Assembly: GCA_963822965.1 (NCBI GenBank)
Contig: CAWGJT010000001.1
Location: forward strand, 192,001 to 256,000
DNA: 64,000 nt
DNA from: an uncultured delta proteobacterium
GTDB taxonomy: Bacteria > Myxococcota_A > UBA9160 > UBA4427
Reading direction: 5' to 3'
In this document: positions 50,902 through 62,649 of the stretch, piece by piece
Layout of the letters: the number at the start of each line of letters is the position of its first letter
Position numbering within the stretch: position 1 is the first letter of the stretch
Notes under the pieces: generated by a model
What the model was told of the DNA's origin: nothing
The model's input: the letters and a program-made list of their open reading frames with translations, nothing else
Databases searched by the model: none
Translations under genes and position numbers: made by a program

Positions 50902-53900
50902 TCAGCCCTCGCTGCGCTCCTTCGCAGGCCGCCGGATCGCGAGCGGTCGCCACAGCTCGCCGTGGCTGAAGCAGTCCCAGCCCCAGCGCAGCCAGCGCAG
51001 CAGCGCCTGGGCGAGCCAGAGCGCCCAGGCCAGCATCGCCAGCCGGTAGACGAGCAGGGGCACCGAGACCACCCACGCAGCCGGCAGCGTGGCGTCGGCG
51101 CGATCCGCGTACCAGCGCAGCAGGTACCCCGACGATCCGTTGCCCTCGATCTGCATCTCCGGCAGTCCCAGCAGGCCCGTCCGGATGGAGACGAGCAGCG
51201 CCAGGAGGGCGACGGCCGTCAGCACCGCGAGCCCCACCTGCGCCAGGTCGAACCAGCGACCCGGCAGTCGATTGCCCCGGGACCCGCGCCAGCCGAGTGC
51301 CAGCAGCCACACGACGACGGTGGCCGCCGCGCCGAGGGGCGCCTGGGTGAGACCGAGCCCCAGCAGGAGCCAGTGGTGGAAGCGCAGCGGCGTCACGGGA
51401 ATGCGACCCAGGCCGACGGCGATTCCCACGAGGACCACGAGGAAGGACCAGAAGAGGACGGCCGGCCCGAGGCGCGGCCCGCCGGCCGCCAGGATCCAGC
51501 GGCTCTGGGGGACGTGCAGCTCGATTCCGGCGTTGACGCTCGGCATGCCGAGATCCACGACCGGGGTCCGCAAGCGAAGGCCGAGGAGCTGGGGCTCGCT
51601 CCAGTCCAGGGAGAACTTCTGGCTGCCCGGAACCAGGGGGAGCACCACCTCCCTTCCCTCCTGGCGGAGGGGCTGCTGGGTTCCGTTCACCGAGACGCCG
51701 CGAAGGACCGCACCCTCGGGCAGCGTGATCCGCTGCTCGCCGCCGCGACTGCTTCGCAGGGACACCGAGAGGCTGGCGTCCATCGACCGGAGGCCCGGCG
51801 TGGCGACCAGCGCGCTCGCGTCGACGGTCGCGGTCGGTCCCTCGACGCCCGCAGGCCGCGTCACCTCCAGCCGCACGGACTCCCCCGGCCACGGCTGCCA
51901 GCGTCGCACCCGGGCGGCGCTGGCCTCGGCCTGGTGGACGCGGGGGAATGCCCGAGGCCTCGACGTGCCAGATCGGGCTGGCGTCGAGCGTCCACACCTC
52001 GGTCCAGGCGCTCGTCTTCGCCGCCTGCAGCTCGATCGCGGGCGCGAGGGCGAGGGTCGACGTCCAGCCGGTGGCGGCCACGCCCGGCTCGAGGACGATC
52101 TGTGCGCGCTGGTCCTGCACGCGGATGCCCGCCGTGGTGACCGCCTCGCCGGGAAGCAGCGGAACCTCCAGGCGGATGGACGGCTGGATCGGCGTCAGCC
52201 GCCGCACCTTCGTCTCGACCTGCCAGGTGATGCCGAGGTGCAGCTCGCGGACCACCTCGACGAAGAACGGCAGCTCGCCGGCTTCGAGCGGCCGTTCGCG
52301 CGTGCCGCCGGAACCGGTGCGCGCCACCCGGGTCAGCTGCAGGGTGCGGTCGGCGCGCCCGTCCTCGAGGAGGCCGTGCAGCACCCAGCCCTCGACGGAG
52401 GCCTCCACCCGATGGGGCGGCAGGGGCAGCGGCAGCTCCACCGCGTCGCGGTCGGGCAACGGCCCGCTCATCTCGACGCGGTGGGTCCCGGCAGACAGGT
52501 GGATCCACAGCACACCGTCCGGCGTCGCGTAGAGCCCCGTCGCGTCCCGGCCGTCGACCCGGACCCTCTCCGGCAGCCAGCTGCGTGTCCCGCCCGGCAG
52601 CGGCGCTCCGCCTTCCGCGAGCATGTCCACCCCGAAGTCGAGCCGCAGGGAGTCCGGGCGGGCCTCGACCACGATGCCGGGGCTCTCCGCACAGTCGGGC
52701 GCGCAGTCTGGCGGAGCCAACAGGCGCTCCCGCAGCTCGTCGAGCAGCTCCTTCGAAGGCAGATCCGCACGCGCTGCGGGTGCCGCCAACGAGGCCAGCA
52801 AGGCGAGCGCCAGCGCGGCCGCCGTCGATGCGCCCCACAATCGTCCCTTCGGAATCCAGCCGGGACCGGACGAGCCCCGCAGAACGACGCAGACCAGGAG
52901 CGCGGCCAGGGCCGCTACCCGCGCGAAGGCGAGCACCCCGGTAGCCCACGGCGGCGCCAGGAAGAAGCGCAGCTCCTGCCCCCGAGCGACCGGCCCGTTC
53001 CAGGAGAGATCGACGTTGCGCCAGGTCCACTGCGGCAGCCCCGGTCCCGTCGTGATCCGCGCGAGCGGATCGGGCTGGTAGTCGTAGACGCTCGACTTCG
53101 GGGAGGGCAGGCCGAGGGTTCGCTCCGCGACGGCGGCGCTGGAGCGAAGGCGCTTCTCGGCGAAGTCGGCCTCCTGCTCCAGGGCGGCCCTAGGTTGGGC
53201 CGGAGGCGGCGAGGCCGGCGGCGGGCGGACGGCACCCCCCGGATGCTCCAGCGCCGGATGCAGCCCAACACGCACCTGCTGCACGGCGAACGGCAGGCCC
53301 ACCAGCACGAGGCACGCCAGCGCGAAGCCGCGATAGACGGAGATCCAGCTCGCGAAGCGCCCGGCCGGGAGGGCGCGCGCCAGCGCCTCCCCGACGAGCA
53401 CGAAGAGCCACGCCCAGCGCGGCGCGCCGGGCTCGGTATAGGAGAGCAGCATGGCGACGCCGGCCACGAGGCCCCACCGCACGCCCCACAAGCGCCCGGT
53501 CGCCAAGACGATGATCAGCGCCGTGAAGATGTCGAGCAGGTTCCAGCGGTTCACCCAGGTCGACTGCACCGAGTCGACACCGGTGGCGTGCAGCAGGCGC
53601 CAGCCCGGCGGCAGCTGCAGCCGTCCCTGCAACGCCTGGAAATCGTGGTCCCAGCCCACCGCCGGCAGGCGCGAGCCGGCGTCGTCGATGCGGCTGTCGG
53701 CGACGATCTCGACGGCGCCGCGTGGCACCTCGATGCCGACGCGTTGGGACCCACCGGCTTCGTTCGGGAGCTGCGTGATGAACTGGTCGCGCCCGTTCAG
53801 GGCGACGCGACCCAGGTGGGTGGCGGCGTCCATCTCGAGGCGGCTGCTGCGTCGGATCTCACCCTCGATCCGATCCTGGATCGTGTAGCCACCCCCGTCG

Positions 53901-54985
53901 AAGTCGAGCCACCAGCTGCGCTGGAGGGAGAGCAGGTCCGGGGCCGGCTCCGCATCGCCCCGACGCTTCTCGCTGAGCATGAGCGCGTCTCCGGGGTGCA
54001 GCAGATAGGCGGGCAAGCTCTTCCACTGGGGGGGCAGGTTGGTCTGCTGGGGATCGATCGGCGAGCCGCCGGAGACGGTGACGAGGCGCAGGTCGGGTCG
54101 CGCGGCGAACACCCAGATCTCGCTGGCCGCCCAGGGACCCCCGGGCTCCACCGCAGCGATCCGGTCCACCGGCCCCTCGTGGCGCGCGTCGAGATCGATC
54201 TCGAAGCGTCCCGGGCGCACCTGGACACGCAGGCGGCCGTCCGGGTCGAGGCGCGCGGGAAGCGCGCTGCGCAGGTCCATGGCCAGGAAGCCCTCCGGCA
54301 GCGCGCGCCCCAGCACCACCTCGCGACTGCGGCCGGAGACCTGGAGCGAGACGCGGGTCTCGAGCCGGAGGGGAATGGCGTCCACGAGCCGCCGGTGGAC
54401 GACGATCTCCAGCCGACTCTTCTCGCCGTCGTCACCGCTCCGCTTCCGGAGCCAGAGCCGACCCTGCTCGTCGCGCTGGGGTGTGGTGACGGTCTGCCTC
54501 CCCTGCGCGCCCTGGAGGACGAGGGAGAGCAGCGCGGTCTGCGGGGGAACCTGGAGCAGCTCCGGCATCGCGTCCCAGCGGAAGCGCCCCTGCACGCGAT
54601 GCTCGCCCGGGCCGAGCTCGACGGCGGGACGCCCGTCGGTGGAGCCGACCGCCGCCGGCCGGCCGTCGACCTCCACGTCCTGGGGCCAGTAGCGCGAATC
54701 GCCGGGAAGGGGCACGGACAGCCGTCGTTCCACGCGCCAGCGCTGCTCGAAGCGACCCGTTCGCTCGCCCAGCTCGAGCTCGAGCCGGGTCGGCCACGCG
54801 CACACGCGGCGGCCCGCCTGGGACGAGAGGAGCGAGCACTGCTCCGCCTCGTGGCCGCGAAGCACCCACCCGGTCCAGGGGCGGAGCGGCTCGGGAACCT
54901 CGTCGGGCGGGAGCGGCGCTCCTCGGGCGACGCCGGCCGCCAGCAACACGAGGCCGATCCAAACGACACGAAGCGCGACGCGCAT
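50902..54985 (-). CDS. Large (about 1360 aa) secreted/membrane protein of unknown function; frameshift near 51925-51945
   Basis: Signal peptide, PEPLRPWTGWVL, beta-rich domains, two TM bundles, internal LLAPPDCAPDCA. The C-terminal frame continues WQPWPGE...YRLAMLAWALWLA. Confidence 0.8.
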
Positions 54986-55223
54986 CCCCACCCCCCTGTC
55001 GTCGACGGCCCCATGATACAGGCTCGCAGCGACCCGCGAGGATCCAGCTGCGCTCACATGGGTCGACACGCCCCACGGTGGCTCGCGGTAGGGGATACGG
55101 GGCGTGATCCCGACGGCACGATCGCGAGCTCGAGCTGCGCCCACGCGGCACACCCGGCGGTGCGGGCGACCCGCACTTCGATCTCGGCGGATTCGAGCTC
55201 GGCCTGGGCAGTCGCTCGGGCCG

Positions 55224-55694
55224 TCACGAACCGGCCTCCAGGGCCTCCAACACCTTCGCCGGGTGGTCGGCCGCCTTGGCGACCCGCGCCCAGTGCTTCT
55301 TCACCTTGCCGTCGGCGCCGATCCAGACGGTGGAGCGGATCACGCCCGTCGTCTTCTTGCCGTACATCATCTTCTCGCCGAAGGCTCCGTAGGCGGTCAT
55401 CACCTTCTTGTCGGGATCGCAGAGCAGCGTGAACGGGAGCCGGTACTTGCCGATGAACTTCTGGTGGGACTCGGACCCGTCCGGCGAGACGCCGAGCACC
55501 ACCGCACCGTGCTTCTGGATCTTCTTCCACAGGTCGCGGAAGCCCTGGGCCTCCTTGGTGCAGCCGGGCGTATCGTCCCTGGGATAGAAGTAGAGGATCA
55601 CGTCGCTGCCCTTCAGGTCCTTCAGCGACACCTTCCCGCCGTCCTGGTCCTTCAGCGTGAAGGCCGGCGCGGCCTTGCCCTCCTGGATCGCCAC
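55224..55694 (-). CDS. bcp: Thioredoxin-dependent peroxiredoxin (BCP/PrxQ)
   Basis: YFYPRDDTPGCTKEA, GVSPD, GEKMMYGK, IRST. Confidence 0.93.
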   Translation of the reverse strand: MAIQEGKAAPAFTLKDQDGGKVSLKDLKGSDVILYFYPRDDTPGCTKEAQGFRDLWKKIQKHGAVVLGVSPDGSESHQKFIGKYRLPFTLLCDPDKKVMTAYGAFGEKMMYGKKTTGVIRSTVWIGADGKVKKHWARVAKAADHPAKVLEALEAGS

Positions 55695-55796
55695 TTCGCT
55701 CTCCTCCTGGTCGCTCCCTGCAGCGCCCCGCTCCCGTGCGCGCGATGGTCGTGGATGGCCGAGACCCGGGTCGGACGCCGGGGGCTCGAGAGAAGT

Positions 55797-57157
55797 CTAG
55801 CGGCCGAAGGCCCGGGACAGCCCCGGCAGGAGCGAATCCGGGGCACACCTCGACCCCGAGGCAGGCCGCGACCATGACGGCCGAGGCCAGGGCGGAGGTC
55901 CGATACAGTGCCAGCATCGAAAGCAGGCTGCGCTCGAGCAGGTGGGCGCTGCCCAGCAGGAAGACGGGCAGGACGACGAGGCCGCGCGCGGCGATCACCC
56001 CCGGCCACCGCGACGAGCCCGAAGCGGTACACGAGGGCGATGCCCACGACGGTCACGAGCGCAGACGCCACGCTGATCTGCATCATCCAGTCGGCGCGGC
56101 CCCGGGCCACGAGGATCGGCGCGTTGACGGCGTAGATCGCCTGGCACACCCCGAAGACGGCGAGAATTTGCATGATGGGAACGCTGGCCATCCACTGCTC
56201 GCCGGAGGCCAGGGGAACGAGGTTCGGGGCCACGACCATGAGACCCGTGGCGGCGGGCAACGCGATCAGGCCGTTCAGCGCCGCCGCGCGGTCGACCCCG
56301 GCGCGCATGCGCGCCAGGTTGCCCTGCAGACGCGCGAAGACGGGCAGCGAGATCGAATTGATGGGCGTGGAGACCAGCTCGATCACCATCCGGAGGGCCC
56401 GGAAGCCCACCACGTAGAAGCCGAGCGCGGTGGCACCCATGAGGTGACCGATCATCAGCCGGTCGAGACGGTCCGTCAGCACCCGCAGCAGGTTGCTGCC
56501 GGTCATCGCCATGCCGAAGCCGAGCATCTCGCGCAGATGGCTTCGCGAGATGCGAAGGCCCGGTCGCCATTCGGCCGCCTTCCACAGCACCAGGGTCGCC
56601 ATGACGCTCGCGCTCAGCTGCTGCCCCACCAGGCTCCAGACGCCGAACCCGGAGAACGCCATCGTCGACCCGACGAGCCCCCCGAACAAGCTCGCACTCA
56701 GGGTCCGCAGGGCCAGCGGCCGAACCCGCAGGCGACGGCGCATGAACGCCTGCTGCGTCGACGAGAGCGACCCCACGACGAAGCCCACCGAGAGCCAGCG
56801 CAGGATCGGGCCGAGCGCCGCGTCCCCCATCAGGCTCGCCAGGAGGTCGGACCCGAGCACGATCGACGAGGCGATCACGATCGCGATCCCCACCTGGGTC
56901 CAGAACGCAGTGTCGAGATAGGCCGGGTCCAGGCGCTCGTAGCGGATCACCGCCTGGCCCAGGCCCGCGTTCGCGACCACCTGCAGCAGACCCGTCACCA
57001 CCGACGCGTAGGCGACGAGGCCGAAGGCTTCGGGCGGGAGCAGCCTCGCCAGGATGACGAAGACCACGAGGTTGCAGATCTGACCGCCCCAGGACTGGAC
57101 GAACATCCACACCGCGGCCGAGATCGCCCTCTCGCGCAGGTTGTCGCGCCGGCTCAT
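55797..57157 (-). CDS. Wzx-like polysaccharide flippase (WzxC type); frameshift(s) near 56000 and 55845, 3' end uncertain
   Basis: ILARLLPPEAFGLV, GLGQAVI, GFGVWSLV.Q, DRLMIG...LGFY, P.FARLQ. Confidence 0.82.
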
Positions 57158-57378
57158 GTCGGGTGGCTCTCTGTTCGAGATGCGTCCGCAGCGCTCCGGG
57201 GAGGCTCGACGGCTCCCGGTGGCGGGTACGTCGCGAACCCGAGCAGGCTATCACACGCCCGGATCCGGGGTCAGAAGTCGCGACGCGCCGTGACGAGCGC
57301 GAGGCGCCTCGGCCGGCCGGCGTGGAACTTCCGCGGACGCCGATCGGGTAGGATCTCGTTCCGCCGGAAGGGGGAGAC

Positions 57379-58652
57379 ATGGATTTCGAGATTCCGCAGG
57401 ACATCCAGGACCTGCTCGAGCGCCTCGACGGCTTCATCGAGGACGAGATCAAGCCGCTCGAGCAGCAGGACGACAACATCCGCTTCTTCGACCACCGCCG
57501 CGAGGACGCGCGCACCGACTGGGAGCGCGGCGGCCTGCCGAACGAGGAGTGGGAGGCGCTGCTGCACAAGGCGAAGCGCCTGGCCGACGACGCCGGCTTC
57601 TACCGCTATCCGTTCCCCAAGGCGTACGGCGGGATGGACGGCAGCAACCTCGGCATGGCCATCATCCGCGAGCACCTGGCCGCGCAGGGGCCTCGGACTG
57701 CACAACGACCTGCAGAACGAGCACTCCATCGTCGGCAACAACGTCGGCCTGCTGCTGATGCTCCACTACGGCAGCGAGGAGCAGAAGGCGGAGTGGGTCG
57801 ACGACCTCGCCCAGGGCAAGCGCGGCTTCGCCTTCGGCATCACCGAGCCCGAGCACGGCTCGGACGCCACCCACATGGAGACCCACGCCGAGCGCGACGG
57901 CGACGCGTGGGTGATCAACGGCGAGAAGACCTGGAACACCGGCATCCACAAGGCCCAGTACGACATGGTGATGGCGCGCACCAGCGGCCAGGCGGGCGAC
58001 GGCGACGGCATCACCGCCTTCCTGGTGCCCATGAAGGCGCCGGGGGTCAAGATCGAGGAGATGCTCTGGACCTTCAACATGCCGACCGACCACGGCCGCG
58101 TCTCCTTCACGAACGTGCGCGTGCCCCACGCGAGCATCTTCGGAGGCGAGGGCCGCGGGCTCCAGGTCGTGCAGCACTTCTTCAACGAGAACCGCATCCG
58201 CCAGGCCGCCTCGAGCCTGGGCGCGGCCCAGTACTGCATCCAGCGAATCGGTGGAGTACGCGAAGCAGCGCAAGCCCTTCGGCAAGCCGCTGGCGAGCAA
58301 CCAGGGCATCCAGTTCCCGCTGGTGGAGCTGCAGTCCCAGTGCGAGATGCTGCGGGCGCTGATCCACAAGACCGCCTGGCAGATGGACCGCTACGGCGCC
58401 TTCTCGGTCTCGGACAAGGTGTCGATGTGCAACTACTAGGCGAACCGGCTGTGCTGCGACGCCGCCGACCGCGCCATGCAGGTGCACGGCGGACTCGGCT
58501 ACTCGCGCCACAAGCCCTTCGAGCACATCTACCGCCACCATCGCCGCTACCGGATCACCGAGGGCGCCGAGGAGATCCAGATGCGCCGGGTCGCCGGCTA
58601 CCTGTTCGGCTACATGAAGCAGAACGCGCCCAAGGGCGTGCGCGCGGACTGA
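57379..58652 (+). CDS. Acyl-CoA dehydrogenase; frameshifts near 57690 and 58245 and an in-frame TAG at 58437-58439
   Basis: FAFGITEPEHGSDA, WVINGEKTW, RKPFGKPL..NQGIQF, NY*ANRL, MQVHGG.GY, RITEGAEEIQ. Confidence 0.88.
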
Positions 58653-58655
58653 GGC

Positions 58656-60103
58656 TCAGGCCGTGCCGGCCGCGCGCCGCAGCTCCTGGAAGGAGCTCTC
58701 GGTCGCCGTGACCAGGGCGTGCAGGTCGGGCACCAGGTCCCAATCGCCGGTGAAGCCCCAGGAAATCGTGCCGTCGTAGCTGAACAACGCGATCCCCAGC
58801 CCCAGCGTCCCCATGAGCGGCACGTGGGGATGGATCGACTGCATGCGCGACTCGAGCAGATAGAGCGGGGTGCGCGGCCCGGGCACGTTGGTGATCACCG
58901 TGTTGAAGGGCGTGCCGTAGGTCATCAGCCGCGCGCCCAGGGAGAGCAGCGTCGAGCCGGTCCACTCGGTCACCTGGGTGAGCGTCTCCGCGCCCAGGGC
59001 CTGCTTCGATCGCTTGAGGTTCTCGGTCTGGTTCCGGATGGAGGCGAGCCGCGCGAGCGGATTCGGCTCCGCGACGGGAAGCGAGACGGTCCAGGCGGAA
59101 ACCCGGTTGCCCAGGCTGCCCCGCTGCTCCGCAGTCCGCACGCTCACCGGCGCCATCACGCGGAAGTCCACGCGATCGAGATCCACGCCGCGATCCCGCG
59201 AGAGGAAGCGGCGGAAGGCGCCCGCCGCCGTGGCCAGCACGATGTCGTTGATGGTGCCGCCCGCAGCCCGACGCACGTCGCGAATCTGGCCCAGGGACAT
59301 GGGCAGCCAGTCGATGCGGCGGTGCGGCCCCACGGGCCGGTTGAACGGCACCGGCGTGGCGATTCCCATGTCGCCCAGCAGCCGCGCGAGGGCGCGCAGG
59401 CGCTCGGACGCCTGGTGCCGCGCGTCGTCCTCGTCGCGCAGGAGACGTCCCAGCGCGGACCCGGCCTGCAGCGGCGCGCGCAGGGCCCGGGAGATCTCCC
59501 CCACCCCGAGCTGCACCTGCGACGGGAACCGGACGGGGCCGCCAGCGCCGGATGGGATCGGGCTTCTCCCGGGGCTCGGGGGTGAGCAGCGCAGCGATCA
59601 GCTCCGAGCCGGACACGCCGTCCACCATGCAGTGATGCACCTTGGAGAGCACGGCGATGCGATCGCCCTCGAGCCCCTCCACCACCCACAGCTCCCACAG
59701 CGGCTTCTCGCGGTCCAGCCGCTGGGAGAAGATGCGACCCACCAGCCGCTTGAGCTGCCGGTCGCTCCCCGGACGGGGCAGCCGGGTGTGTCGCACGTGG
59801 TAGCGGATGTTGAAGGCCCGATCGTCGACCCACACCGGGTGGCGCTCCAACGGGGTTCGCGCCAGACGCTGTCGGTAGCGCGGGATCCGATCCAGGCGCG
59901 AGAGCACGTACTCCTCGATGCGCTCGATGTCCAGGCGACCGTCGGCGCTGCGCAACGGAGCGGCGTCGTGGATCTGCGTCGAGGCCGACGTGCATCGCGC
60001 CGGCGGGAGACGCGTCCTCGTAGACCAGGAAGGAGTTGTCGATGGCGGTGAGGCGGTCGTAGGTCGGGCGGTCGGACGGGGCGTCGGAGCTGAGCTCACT
60101 CAT
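58656..60103 (-). CDS. Wax ester synthase/diacylglycerol acyltransferase; frameshifts near 59985 and 59525
   Basis: RLTAIDNSFL, LDREKPLWE, KVHHCMVDG, TINDIVL, LGNRVS, ITNVPGP. Confidence 0.88.
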
Positions 60104-60110
60104 GGGACCC

Positions 60111-61515
60111 TCACAGCTTGCGCAGCACCTCGAACTCGCGATCGACGGCGAGCACGAAGTCGTGGAGATCGGGAATCGCGTCCCAATCGGCGTTGAAACC
60201 CCAGTGGATGGACTCGTCGTAGCTGAAGAGCGCGATCCCCAGCGCCTGGTTCTCGAAGAGGGGCACCAGGGGATACGACTCGCAGAGCCGCGCCCCGCTG
60301 AGGAAGACCGGGAACTGGGGACCGGGAACGTTGGTGACGACCATGTTGTAGGAGCGACGCGTCGCGGAGAGGCGGCTCATTCCCGTCAGCAGCGAGGTCA
60401 GCGTCCAGTCGCTGAGCTCCTCCAGCAGCTCGGTCCCCTCGGAGCGCCCCGAGCTCTTGCGCGCCGAGGTCTGCTCGATGATCCGTTCCATGCGAACACG
60501 CGGGTCCGGCTCGCTCACCGGAAGGGGAACCATCATCATCGACACGCGGTTCCCGAGCTTTCCCCGCTCTTCGGAGGTCCGGGTGGAGACGGGGATGAAG
60601 ACCCGGAAGTCCAGCTCCGAGACGTCCAGCCCGCGGCCTTCCAGGAAGCTGCGAGCCGCCCCGGCGACGCAGCCGAGCAGCACGTCGTTCAAGGTCCCGC
60701 CGAAGCGCGTCTTCACCTCCCGGGCGACGCCCAGGTCGAAGCGCGTCCAGTCGAAGCGCCGGTGCGGGCCGATGGGCACGTTGAAGGGCGTATCGCTCGC
60801 GGGGCTCAGCGAGTCGGCCACGCCTTCGGCGAACCCCACGGCGGTGTGCCTGGCTTCTCCCAGCGCGTCGCTCGGTCGGCGCAGGGAACGGACCATCGTG
60901 CCGGCCAGGCGACGCGGCAGCGAGAGCCGTCGCGTCACCTCGTCGGAGAGCAGCTTGAGCGGGGCCTGGCGCCGGCCGCGGCAGCCAACGATGGTCGATG
61001 ACTTCCGGGCGGTGGCTGGGGTCCGGCCCCATGAAGGCAGACAGCAGATCGACGCCCGAGATCCCGTCGATCAGACAGTGGTGCACCTTCGACACCACCG
61101 CGCAGCGTCCGCCTTCGAGACCCTCGACGAACCACATCTCCCACATCGGCTTCGAACGATCGAGCTTCTGCGACATGATGCGGCCGACCAGCCGCTTCAG
61201 CTGACGTTCGTCGCCGGGCATCGGCAGCGAGGTGTGACGCAGGTGATAGAGGACGTTGAAGTGCGGGTCGTCCACCCAGACCGGGTGATCCGTGACGGGC
61301 GTGGACCCGAGCTTCTGGCGGAACCGCGGCGCCCGGAACAGACCCGCCTCGGTGACACGCAGGATCTGATCGAAGTCGAGGCTGCCGTCGTCGCGCGCGA
61401 GCGGGCCCGGATCGAGGATGCCGACGGATCCGACGTGCATGTGGACGCCTGGCGACTCGAGCGCCAGAAAGCTGGCGTCGAGCGCGGTGAGACGATCGTA
61501 GTGGGTGTAGGCCAT
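60111..61515 (-). CDS. Wax ester synthase/diacylglycerol acyltransferase; frameshift(s) near 60960-61000
   Basis: RLTALDASFL, MHVG, LDRSKPMWE, KVHHCLIDG, TLNDVLL, LGNRVS, VTNVPGP. Confidence 0.88.
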
Positions 61516-61878
61516 GATTCTTCTCCCCGACCCACCATCATAGTCCTCACCCTCGCCGCGCGCGTCGGGCCGCGCGCGGCGAGGGCCCGCAACGGGCTCC
61601 CACCGCCTCGGCCGAGCGGCTGGGGCAGTCTGACACACGCCGCCGACGGGTCGTGAAGGCGCGGATGGGCGCCGGCGGCACGCGCCTGGCGGCCAGGTCC
61701 AGGAGCGACGAGAGGGGCCTCCGGGGATGCCAGCCGAGTCTCGGATCGCTGGGAAGCCGCAGGGGAAATCGGGAAGCTCGCGACGGGCCGGCGAGTCCTC
61801 CGCGTTCGGCGCAGGCCGACCGATCCCGGGGTCGGGCGGCTAGGAGCCTGACCCAGGACTTCGTCTTGGGTCGCCCTG

Positions 61879-62535
61879 CTAGTCGAGCGCGACGTCCTGG
61901 CAGGTCTCGCCACCGTCTCGCTCGACGCAGAACGAGATATTGGGTCCCAGGTGTGCGATCAGGGAGGGGAGCTGCGAGGGGTCCCGCAGCTCCACGCCCT
62001 GGATGCGGCTCAGCCGGTCTCCGATCCGGAAGCCCGCTCGGGCGAGGGGATGATCGTCACCCATCTCCTCGATGACGAGCCCCTCGATCGCCCCGCCCTC
62101 CGCATAACGCGGCTCGAGTCGCACGGACGCGAACAGCTTGCGTACCGCCGGATCGACGTCGTCGGCGGTGAAGCCGGACTCGCTCACCGCCTCGTTCCAA
62201 CGGGCGTCCGCCTTCGGCGCGAGCTCCAGCTGCTTCGCGCGATCGAGCAGCCTCGCGTCGGATTGGATCGCTGCGAGTCGGGCGGCCTCGAGCGATGTGG
62301 CTTCTTCCGCCACCGGCTCGTCGGCCGCCGGCGAAGGCGTCGGGAGGGGCTGCGCCGCCGCGGGCGTGGGCAGACGAGCGGGGGCCGTGCCGACGGGCGG
62401 CGGCTGCGAAGATGCCGCGGGCGCGGCGTCGGCTCGAATGGCGGCCTCCGGCCCGGGCGCCGTACGCGCGGACCACATCAGCCCGGCAAGACCCATGCTG
62501 ACGATCAGTACCCCGATCCAGATCCCTCGCTGCAC
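61879..62535 (-). CDS. Membrane-anchored protein with a C-terminal PDZ domain (GspC-PDZ-like)
   Basis: N-terminal TM, Pro/Ala linker, VRLEPRY..G.IEGLVI, LARAGFRIGDRLSRIQG. Confidence 0.7.
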   Translation of the reverse strand: MQRGIWIGVLIVSMGLAGLMWSARTAPGPEAAIRADAAPAASSQPPPVGTAPARLPTPAAAQPLPTPSPAADEPVAEEATSLEAARLAAIQSDARLLDRAKQLELAPKADARWNEAVSESGFTADDVDPAVRKLFASVRLEPRYAEGGAIEGLVIEEMGDDHPLARAGFRIGDRLSRIQGVELRDPSQLPSLIAHLGPNISFCVERDGGETCQDVALD

Positions 62536-62649
62536 GCCGTCTCTCCTCGGAGCCGTTCCACGGAATCATCGGCGGGCGTCGTGGGAGGGGGCGTCTCCCG
62601 TCAAATCCGCCCCCTCCCACGATCCCTGCCACACTTCCCTAGCGTCGGA

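Noticed and set aside
19879..58652. Genome-wide TAG reassignment or pyrrolysine usage
   Set aside because: Many intact genes here terminate at TAG (e.g. 9936, 21560, 27581), and no pyl genes or suppressor tRNA are in the window.
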